Under the pieces are notes generated by a model, which ran no database searches, had not been told where the DNA came from, and saw only the letters and a program-made list of their open reading frames with translations. A stretch of 13,714 nucleotides of DNA from a virus, in the IMG/VR virus record IMGVR_UViG_3300045988_037911, one strand, 5' to 3'. Made by a program: the position numbers and the translations under genes. Below are positions 7,301-13,396 of this stretch, in pieces; the first letter of the stretch is position 1, and the number at the start of each line of letters is the position of its first letter.

Positions 7301-7957
7301 TTATTTTCTTCCTTTCTTCAAATAAATTAAAATGTAGTGCGCTGTACGCCTACTGGAATAAACTTGACGTTTTTCCTTCTTGAAATATCCTTGAGAACTT
7401 CCACCACAGTCAAGCATAACTGCATCCTGCCATCCATAAGACTGCAATAAAGTTGCAAGCTGTTCAGGCGTTTTCTTGGCTGTGCTTCCGTCCTTGGAAG
7501 CGTAAAGACATAGTCTCCGTTGTCCGTTTACAAGTTTAGTTCCAATAGCTGTTCTTCCACGTCTACCGCCTTGTGCTACATTATAGATAGGCTTGCTTAA
7601 TTCTTTACCATTCATTACAATGTTAGAACAAGCAACGTAGTTGCTCCACCTGTCTGTAGGTACAATGTCAAGGTGGAAACTGTTGGTATCAAAGTTATCC
7701 CAAACATAACCACGATAACTGTACTTGCCATGAAACAAGACCTCACTATCATACTTCAATGGACAAACAGGTTTGCCATCTCTCATACTGTAAAGAGTTC
7801 CGTTAATTCCGTAGTCGGCACCAGTCTTTTTCATAATCGTGGACAACGGCAACCGCTTTCTTGTTTTCCTATTCCATACGTTTTGGTAAATTTCAATTTT
7901 TTCAATGTCATCAAAGGGAATTGATACAGCTATTTCATTCTGAATCTTTGCTCCCAC
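7301..7957 (-). CDS. Phosphodiester glycosidase (NAGPA / DUF2233-like) domain protein, a candidate lysin or wall-glycopolymer hydrolase
   Basis: The motifs GINGTLY, GRTAIGTKLVNGQRRLCLYASKDG and TPEQLATLLQSYGWQDAVMLDCGGSSQ fit the NAGPA-family pattern (xNGGFF ... RTAIG ... DGR ... LDGGGSS). The track ORF starts at GTG 7966, but AAAGGAG (7968-7974) is properly spaced for GTG 7957. The gene overlaps the holin 3' end. Confidence 0.6.
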   Translation of the reverse strand: MGAKIQNEIAVSIPFDDIEKIEIYQNVWNRKTRKRLPLSTIMKKTGADYGINGTLYSMRDGKPVCPLKYDSEVLFHGKYSYRGYVWDNFDTNSFHLDIVPTDRWSNYVACSNIVMNGKELSKPIYNVAQGGRRGRTAIGTKLVNGQRRLCLYASKDGSTAKKTPEQLATLLQSYGWQDAVMLDCGGSSQGYFKKEKRQVYSSRRTAHYILIYLKKGRK

Positions 7958-8159
7958 AAGTAACACGCTCCTTTAAAAGACTTACAACCTCTTTTAAATC
8001 TCGCAGTGCTTCTGTGTTTTCCTTAACAACCTCAGTCCAACGCTCACTTTCAGCGGCGTGACTTTCACGTTCCTTATTCTGCATCCAAAACATGACTCCT
8101 ACGCATACAATAGGGAAACCAAGATTGCTAACAAGCTGGGTAACAGTTGTGACGTCCAT
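7935..8159 (-). CDS. Holin, BhlA/UviB-like (74 aa)
   Basis: The true start is taken as ATG 8159, preceded by AAGGAGAATGAT. There is a single N-terminal TM segment (LVSNLGFPIVCVGVMFWM) followed by NKERES and a charged helical tail, matching the B. subtilis BhlA pattern as I recall it. The 114-aa track ORF is an upstream read-through of non-coding structured DNA. Confidence 0.65.
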   Translation of the reverse strand: MDVTTVTQLVSNLGFPIVCVGVMFWMQNKERESHAAESERWTEVVKENTEALRDLKEVVSLLKERVTCGSKDSE

Positions 8160-8189
8160 ATCATTCTCCTTATAGCCGGATTTTAGATT

Positions 8190-8262
8190 GAGAAGGGGGT
8201 TTCTTGCCCCAGTCAAGGGCTTGCACCAGCTTCCGGCTGTGACTTTGTGCAACCCCCTTCTC
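8190..8262 (-). ncRNA. 73-nt three-way-junction structured RNA element; candidate miniature packaging RNA (pRNA) or 5' leader stabiliser
   Basis: The minus strand reads 5'-GAGAAGGGGGUU GCAC AAAGUCA CAGC CGGAA GCUG GUGC AA GCCC UUGACUG GGGC AAGA AACCCCCUUCUC-3'. It has a perfect 12-bp closing helix and two internal hairpins. The bulge AGUCA is complementary to the hairpin loop UGACU. It lies in the only sizeable internal intergenic gap (8160-8278). Confidence 0.4.
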
Positions 8263-8269
8263 TGATTAT

Positions 8270-8299
8270 AAAATAGCATTATCGGAGATATTTCGTCAA
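8270..8299 (-). promoter_or_regulatory. Candidate sigma-A-type promoter with extended -10, firing at the first base of the structured RNA
   Basis: On the minus strand: -35 TTGACG (8299-8294), an 18-nt spacer, TGc, then -10 TATTTT (8275-8270). The predicted start at about 8263/8262 is the first base of the 12-bp helix. The core ATGCTATTTTATA is nearly identical to the right-end promoter ATGCTATTCTATA. Confidence 0.45.
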
Positions 8300-9316
8300 G
8301 AGATTTTCACAAAGATACTCCTCAAATGTTATTTTCTGTTGCATATAGGCTTCCCACAACCATCCATACATCCGTCTGAACCGCTGAATATCGGCTTCAC
8401 TGTCGGAATATTGTGGTGGGCTACCTGCTTTGTGCATTGAGACATAATATGTGCCGTCAGACTTGTGTCTGTATACACAGATTTTCGATAACGCACACAC
8501 GGGAACAAATTCCTTTATAGGACGGCTCCCTACATTGCCCATGTCATTGAAAGAGAACTTGTTATCAAGTGCCATTTCGGAGAAACGTGTTCCTTCTGTT
8601 GCTCTATACAGAACAGTATTGCGTTTTTCTTCCGAAATAGGAGACTTCTGTAACATATACAAGCAGATACCACGGTGGTTATCTTGATAGACTTCTCTGC
8701 CCTTCTCTAACATATCAGTCGCTTTCTTAACAAGATTGAAACCAATAAAGACAGGGTTTGCAACATCGTTTGCGTTTGCGAGACATAGAAGTTGTACAGG
8801 TTTCTTTCCTTGAAGCTCTCTGTTTCTGTTTACAGTCTCATAACAGTTCATAAGTGCTTCAAATTCATTCTTAATTGGTCTTTCTTGACGCTCTGGAATA
8901 AATTCATCAAATATCATAAGGTCAACGTCAGAAGCATCAAAACCTCTGATATTTGAGAATGTGGAGAGTGCGGCTGAATACCCAATAGGCTTACCGTCTG
9001 GAATTTGTTTCCCATCTTCATTTACTTTAAAGTAATAGAACGCACTGTTATACTTTGTAACAGGCGAACAGCTAATGTTTAAATTCCTATCCTCACATAT
9101 TCGCTTAAATGGTGAAAATTCAGGTCTTGTCACAATATCTGCTTGCGCTTGCGTTCTTCTTATGAATAGGAATGTTCTTTTTTCTTCCAAACACTCAACC
9201 AAACTTCCATAGGTTTTGCCTGTCCCTCGCCCTCCAACTGCGAAATTGAAGGGCAAGGAACGGCTCAATAGTTCATGGATATTCAGATAGCCGCTATCTA
9301 AGTAAATGCGGCTCAT
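8279..9316 (-). CDS. DNA encapsidation (packaging) ATPase, phi29 gp16-like (345 aa)
   Basis: Four blocks match my recollection of phi29 gp16:
- Walker A: FNFAVGGRGTGKTYG versus LNFVIGARGIGKSYA.
- FLFIRR versus FIYVRR.
- Walker B: LMIFDEFIPER versus TIVFDEFIREK.
- LCLANANDVANPVFIGFNLV versus ICLSNAVSVVNPYFLFFNLV. Confidence 0.92.
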   Translation of the reverse strand: MSRIYLDSGYLNIHELLSRSLPFNFAVGGRGTGKTYGSLVECLEEKRTFLFIRRTQAQADIVTRPEFSPFKRICEDRNLNISCSPVTKYNSAFYYFKVNEDGKQIPDGKPIGYSAALSTFSNIRGFDASDVDLMIFDEFIPERQERPIKNEFEALMNCYETVNRNRELQGKKPVQLLCLANANDVANPVFIGFNLVKKATDMLEKGREVYQDNHRGICLYMLQKSPISEEKRNTVLYRATEGTRFSEMALDNKFSFNDMGNVGSRPIKEFVPVCALSKICVYRHKSDGTYYVSMHKAGSPPQYSDSEADIQRFRRMYGWLWEAYMQQKITFEEYLCENLLTKYLR

Positions 9317-9322
9317 ATTGTC

Positions 9323-9658
9323 TTAGAGAAGGGTGCAAGTAATGAACTCACGGCCCGCCTTAGAAGTACCAGAAGTGACACCAACAGAGAATTCCTCACC
9401 CTCCATCAGAGTTGCAATGTTCAGGAAATCCTTCTTAAAGGTTGCACTGTTGGTAGCAAAAACGGAACCGTCAGTATCCATCACAGATAGAACTTCAACC
9501 TCTTTGTTATCCTTACTGTTAAAATCGGTGTAAATGCAGTACGCATACACATCAATGCTGGAACCAACATAGTCCTTCATTTTCTTAATGCCTGCGTCCA
9601 TTGTCATCTTGTACAGTTCCTTCTTGTTCAGTTCCTTGCTAATCTTGGTGATAGTCAT
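9323..9658 (-). CDS. Single-stranded DNA-binding protein, phi29 p5-like (111 aa)
   Basis: The start is taken as ATG 9658, preceded by AAAGGAGAAAG. The track ORF start at 9718 has no SD and overlaps the upstream small gene. The C-terminal half DGSVFATNSATF...VGVTSGTSKAGREFITCTLL resembles my recollection of phi29 p5 (DGSLYSAISKTV...VKVVQGTSSKGNVFFSLQLSL). Confidence 0.55.
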   Translation of the reverse strand: MTITKISKELNKKELYKMTMDAGIKKMKDYVGSSIDVYAYCIYTDFNSKDNKEVEVLSVMDTDGSVFATNSATFKKDFLNIATLMEGEEFSVGVTSGTSKAGREFITCTLL

Positions 9659-9683
9659 TGTTCTTTCTCCTTTAAAATAAATT

Positions 9684-9833
9684 TTATTTACCACAGCTAT
9701 GCTGTTGGTTACATTCATATTTGAAAATTAAATCCCAAACATTATCTATAAATTCTTCTTCCGTGTAGAACGCATCATCTACATAGTCATCATACATTTT
9801 AATGACAGCATCTACAAATTCTTTATCACTCAT
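9684..9833 (-). CDS. Acidic 49-aa miniprotein (not in the ORF track)
   Basis: Hand translation gives MSDKEFVDAVIKMYDDYVDDAFYTEEEFIDNVWDLIFKYECNQQHSCGK. The ATG at 9833 overlaps the polymerase stop, and AGCAGGT lies 6 nt upstream. It has 13 Asp/Glu against 4 Lys. It exactly fills the gap between the polymerase and SSB genes. Confidence 0.55.
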   Translation of the reverse strand: MSDKEFVDAVIKMYDDYVDDAFYTEEEFIDNVWDLIFKYECNQQHSCGK

Positions 9834-11844
9834 ATTCATACCTGCTTTCAGTCAATAGTCGCTTATAGTCGGCTGTTAATCCTAACGTGTAAGTGCTTGG
9901 TCGTAAGCAGACATTAGACGTAATTTTTCCTGTTCGTCCTTCCGCTGTGTATTCCGAAATGCTGGGTTTGTCATTATAAACTGCTTCAAGTCCTCCTGCT
10001 TTCTTAAATGTGAATCCCTCATGAAATGCTGTGATACCTCCATGTTCCTCTAACTCCTTTCCTCCAAGATTCTTTGAAACTCCTGCTATAGTGCAAACTA
10101 ATTTGTCCTCTGGCTTCTCTCTGTATACATATTTCTTTGCCCCCATCGTTCTAAACTCACACATATCATGTTCTTTCTCATAGACACCCATATAATGTGT
10201 GATTCCAGAGGGGTCTGTTGCATATGCTCCGCTTTCCTTACTGTCTTTAATACGTTCTGCGTTAAACTTATCGAGATTTATCTCTCCAAGGTATTTCACA
10301 GAATCCGTATCACAGTATACAAATTGTGGAGCATTGGGGTCATCCGTATCACCGTGGGCAAGTCTGATACCTTCCTCAAGTCTATATCGTGCCCACGCTG
10401 TCACCCACACGCCCCACTGGTATGCAAGGAACGCCTTTCGGTTATATGCTAATAGTAAACCGGCTTCGTCCTCGTTCTGTTCTTTAAAGTCATTATCTAT
10501 AAAAAGGATCGACTGCTTTACCGGGTCTTGCGCGCACATTCCATAAAGTGAGTTTAACTTGTTCTTAGATTTCATGTACAAAAGTTCCTGTCCATCAACG
10601 TTCTTTAGCTCTGTCTTGTAGTGGTAGTATTGGCAGATCGTTTTTATTAGCGGCTTAGGCAAGTACCCATACCGGGCAGTTGCTACATCGTAAAATTTCA
10701 TATCCGCCCATGCGTACTCACTTAACAGGATTTTCAAATCAATGTCTGTTATTGTGGTTTCCAGATAGTCAGCGGATATGATTCTGCCATTATCAAGCAA
10801 AGCATTTTGAACGTGTCTGCACTTGGCTAATGATAAATAGGGGCAGCCCCAGTCAACCCTTTGTAGGTGCGCGCCTGTAATTGCTACACGCATGATACAG
10901 GCTTTTTGTCGCTTACCTAACATTTTAATAACTTCATCAAATGGAACATCGCCCAGCCGGTAAAATTCGCTTACCGGAAATTTGCAGTTGCACATTACAT
11001 CAGGGTAACTGCTTGATCGGTCCGCACTGTGGACATTGTGCAATGTGTAATTTACATAGTACCGGTTTGCGTGAGTGTTTCCGCCTCTGAATGCTTCCCT
11101 AAGCATCTTGTATGTCTCAAAGTCTGGTAGCTGTTCCTTAACGAAATTGTAAGACACTTCCGACATTGCTTTCTTGGCATCCCGGCGAACGTAGCCGGTA
11201 GACGTTAGCGGAAATGTGTATAAATTATCTCCGTCATGCTCCATTTCAATCTGAATTGCTTCGGTTAAGCCTTGCACATCATGTATGCAATAGGCTAATT
11301 CCTGTTCACTCAATTCTGTCCATGGATAGCGTACTTTGTCATAGTCAAAAGTTCCGGTCAGCTTCTTGTGCTGTACGCCCATTTTCTTAGTATATGTGTC
11401 TAAGTTCATGTTGCTGTGCAGGTAACTGCAACGGAACTCAAAGCAATTGTACATATCACATTTCAAGACTTTGCGAGATCGGACAGCAAAAACTTCTTCC
11501 GGCTCAAATGGGTAAATACCTCTTAGAAACTGAAATTCATAGGAAAGATTGTGAACAAAAACAACCAGAAAAGTATCATCAAGAATACTCTGCAACTTCT
11601 TTTGAAATTGTGTAAATTCATCCCATGTTCTCCCAACAACCGTGTAGGCGTTTCCAAATTGCCATTGCCAAACATACATGATAGAGTTTTCAATATCTGC
11701 AAGTCTGGTTGTCTCAATATCAAACGCTGTTACAAGGTCTTTATATTTCCGGCGCTTCTTTGTGCGTTGGTTGCCTTTCTTCCGTTTTACTTCCGGTATT
11801 TGCTCAAGCCATACAAGTGGAAATTCTGACGGCTTAATTACCAT
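9826..11844 (-). CDS. Protein-primed family-B DNA polymerase (672 aa)
   Basis: All the expected motifs are present: ExoI AFDIETT, ExoII HNLSYEFQF, ExoIII YCIHDV, motif A DRSSSYPDV, motif B KNKLNSLYGM, motif C YCDTDSV (identical to phi29) and KxY GAKKYVY. ITRs and an upstream terminal-protein-sized gene support the protein-primed call. The ATG overlaps the upstream stop (ATGGTAA). Confidence 0.95.
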   Translation of the reverse strand: MVIKPSEFPLVWLEQIPEVKRKKGNQRTKKRRKYKDLVTAFDIETTRLADIENSIMYVWQWQFGNAYTVVGRTWDEFTQFQKKLQSILDDTFLVVFVHNLSYEFQFLRGIYPFEPEEVFAVRSRKVLKCDMYNCFEFRCSYLHSNMNLDTYTKKMGVQHKKLTGTFDYDKVRYPWTELSEQELAYCIHDVQGLTEAIQIEMEHDGDNLYTFPLTSTGYVRRDAKKAMSEVSYNFVKEQLPDFETYKMLREAFRGGNTHANRYYVNYTLHNVHSADRSSSYPDVMCNCKFPVSEFYRLGDVPFDEVIKMLGKRQKACIMRVAITGAHLQRVDWGCPYLSLAKCRHVQNALLDNGRIISADYLETTITDIDLKILLSEYAWADMKFYDVATARYGYLPKPLIKTICQYYHYKTELKNVDGQELLYMKSKNKLNSLYGMCAQDPVKQSILFIDNDFKEQNEDEAGLLLAYNRKAFLAYQWGVWVTAWARYRLEEGIRLAHGDTDDPNAPQFVYCDTDSVKYLGEINLDKFNAERIKDSKESGAYATDPSGITHYMGVYEKEHDMCEFRTMGAKKYVYREKPEDKLVCTIAGVSKNLGGKELEEHGGITAFHEGFTFKKAGGLEAVYNDKPSISEYTAEGRTGKITSNVCLRPSTYTLGLTADYKRLLTESRYEYE

Positions 11845-12500
11845 AGAAATTCATCTAACGCCTGCAATAACTCACCGGAAGATCGTTCAACCACATTTGA
11901 CTTGCGTTCAAATGGTGCATCTCGCTCCGATTGCCACGCTTGAAACGCCCGGAAAATTTCGGCTGATTTATTGACTTTCTGTGTTGATCGTTCAAATGCT
12001 TCTGAATTTTTGATTTTCTCATATACGTCCATTGCTACGAGACTACCATAGCCACGCATATTTGACGCTTTCCAATACCGGAAGAACTCGCCCAGATCAT
12101 TGAAATTTTGTTCGTTAACGTATTCATAGCCGTGTTCATGGAAAGTCCTGATTGCTTCTTTCCGATAGCGCTTAATGCCTCTAAGTGTGCCGGTCTTGGC
12201 CTGCATCATTTTAGCGAGGTCTGCTAATAGGATTTTCTGCTCGTATGGTTTCAGTTCTGACGCTGGTTTATACTTGTCCTTATTATAATAGTATGTCTTG
12301 CTTGCTCTGCCGATCTCGCTTTCTTCCATACGCTTCAAGCGCTTTACGGCGATTGCTCTTAGTCTCTGGTATTCATGCTTGATTGTTTCAGGTGTCCACA
12401 CGTCAGCATGTCGGATTGCGTCCAGTGTGTAAAGTTCCGGGGTGTCTTTTGGGTCAATCACTTCCCCGGTTTCCGGGTCTGCTGTTCGGTAAAACTTCAT
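11838..12500 (-). CDS. Putative terminal protein (220 aa)
   Basis: It lies immediately upstream of the polymerase gene and is translationally coupled to it, as in phi29 (gene 3 then gene 2) and tectiviruses. It is basic and helical with an AAAGGAGA SD. I see no recognisable sequence motif, so the call rests on position only. Confidence 0.5.
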   Translation of the reverse strand: MKFYRTADPETGEVIDPKDTPELYTLDAIRHADVWTPETIKHEYQRLRAIAVKRLKRMEESEIGRASKTYYYNKDKYKPASELKPYEQKILLADLAKMMQAKTGTLRGIKRYRKEAIRTFHEHGYEYVNEQNFNDLGEFFRYWKASNMRGYGSLVAMDVYEKIKNSEAFERSTQKVNKSAEIFRAFQAWQSERDAPFERKSNVVERSSGELLQALDEFLW

Positions 12501-12651
12501 GCTTTGCTATCTCCTTTCGGAAAAGCTCACGGCAAAACGCCGAGGTAGACATATCACGTTCAGCGGCTATGACCTCAAGCGTTTCCTTAAGGTCAGCCGG
12601 AACGGATAGTGTCAAGTGGGTAGTTGCCCGGTGCTTAAAACGGCTTCGCAT
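12454..12651 (-). CDS. Ribbon-helix-helix (CopG/Arc-like) DNA-binding protein (65 aa)
   Basis: THLTLSVPADLKETLEVIAAERDMSTSAFCRELFRKEI fits the strand-helix-helix RHH pattern. The gene overlaps the upstream ORF by 40 nt and the terminal-protein gene by 47 nt. The SD GAAAGGAG lies 14 nt upstream, which is rather far. Confidence 0.55.
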   Translation of the reverse strand: MRSRFKHRATTHLTLSVPADLKETLEVIAAERDMSTSAFCRELFRKEIAKHEVLPNSRPGNRGSD

Positions 12652-12815
12652 TGTTCATGTGTCAACTCCTTTCTTATCAAGGTGATCTTCACATCAGGGT
12701 GCATGCCTTTTACAAAGTCACAGCTGTGAAGCGCTGAACACAAAGTATCAAATAGATATGTGGTCTTGGGGATATGATTCCAATGGACGGTCAAAAGCCA
12801 ACGGTTAGCAGTCAT
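12612..12815 (-). CDS. Hypothetical early protein (67 aa)
   Basis: ATG at 12815 is preceded by GAAAGGAG. Its start overlaps the stop of the upstream 59-aa gene. Confidence 0.5.
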   Translation of the reverse strand: MTANRWLLTVHWNHIPKTTYLFDTLCSALHSCDFVKGMHPDVKITLIRKELTHEQCEAVLSTGQLPT

Positions 12816-12984
12816 GGTAAATGCTCCTTTCTAACAGGCGTGAACCTTGTTCGTTGTATTCCCAGATTTCAACATCGTAACCGCAGTCGTGGAAACGGAT
12901 AGAGCGCTCAAGAATCCAACTGTAATCATTTGACCATAAACTAAGCTGTAAGTAATGCTTGGAATATATCAAACGATAGCGCAT
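12805..12984 (-). CDS. Hypothetical early protein (59 aa, not in the ORF track)
   Basis: Hand translation gives MRYRLIYSKHYLQLSLWSNDYSWILERSIRFHDCGYDVEIWEYNEQGSRLLERSIYHDC. The ATG at 12984 abuts the upstream stop (TAAATG), with GGAAAGGAGG upstream. It contains a duplicated LERSIxxHDC motif. Confidence 0.55.
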   Translation of the reverse strand: MRYRLIYSKHYLQLSLWSNDYSWILERSIRFHDCGYDVEIWEYNEQGSRLLERSIYHDC

Positions 12985-13236
12985 TTAATACGCCTCCTTT
13001 CCAAAATACCGCAGTGCTAACTGTGCCATGCGGCGATCGTCTTTCATGAGTAGCATTAGCATATTCCAGACTTTCCATTCGCCTTTGAGAATTGCAACCT
13101 CTTGGTCATACTCTCCGTATTTGTCACGCTTGCTTGAGTAGAGATCAAAAGCAATGCTTTCCCATTCTTCAATGTACTTCATCAGGGTTTTAAACCGGAT
13201 TTCATCGTTGATGTTTTTATAATGAATTTCATTCAT
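12985..13236 (-). CDS. Hypothetical early protein (83 aa)
   Basis: ATG at 13236 is preceded by AAGGAGGG at a spacing of 7 nt. The predicted protein is helical. Confidence 0.6.
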   Translation of the reverse strand: MNEIHYKNINDEIRFKTLMKYIEEWESIAFDLYSSKRDKYGEYDQEVAILKGEWKVWNMLMLLMKDDRRMAQLALRYFGKEAY

Positions 13237-13261
13237 GATTTAACCCTCCTTAAGATAAATA

Positions 13262-13396
13262 TTAGAGAATATATTCTACATTTTCTTGAGTGTTAGGCAA
13301 GTTATACCCTGAACCGTTCCCACCTAAAAACAACTCTCCATAATCGTTAATGCCGCAAGAAATCCCACTTTTCGGATCATAGTCAAAAATAATCAT
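13262..13396 (-). CDS. Hypothetical early protein (44 aa, not in the ORF track)
   Basis: Hand translation gives MIIFDYDPKSGISCGINDYGELFLGGNGSGYNLPNTQENVEYIL. GGAAAGGTG lies upstream of ATG 13396. It is the first ORF after the right-end leader. Confidence 0.45.
   Translation of the reverse strand: MIIFDYDPKSGISCGINDYGELFLGGNGSGYNLPNTQENVEYIL

Noticed and set aside
8190-8262. Possible tRNA or tRNA-like gene, suggested by the GGGGGTT...AACCCCC acceptor-like stem.
   Set aside because: Only 63 nt lie between the acceptor-like ends. There is no T-loop GTTCRANNC, no D-arm and no four-arm cloverleaf. The fold is a three-way junction.
8160-8279. The N-terminal 40 codons of the 114-aa track ORF (7935-8279).
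   Set aside because: There is no SD at 8279. This stretch is the structured non-coding element. A strong AAGGAG SD precedes the internal ATG at 8159, which yields a 74-aa holin of typical size.
9659-9718. The N-terminal 20 codons of the 131-aa track ORF (9323-9718).
   Set aside because: AAAGGAGAAAG lies directly in front of the internal ATG at 9658. The extension has no SD and would overlap the acidic 49-aa ORF.
365-11723. Nested minus-strand ORFs in alternative frames: 365-574, 1334-1657, 2090-2320, 3123-3383, 4599-4898, 5448-5675, 6743-6964 and 11523-11723.
   Set aside because: They are fully contained in longer genes with recognisable products. They have no SD and an odd composition. For example, 6743-6964 is just the proline tandem repeat read out of frame.
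1158-12685. All other plus-strand ORFs in the track. Examples are 1158-1340, 1825-2103, 2013-2471, 3034-3471, 4139-4477, 7673-7924, 10199-10546, 11551-11829 and 12383-12685.
   Set aside because: Each lies antisense inside a strongly supported minus-strand gene. They lack SD sequences and encode Cys/Ser/Leu-rich low-complexity peptides typical of shadow frames.
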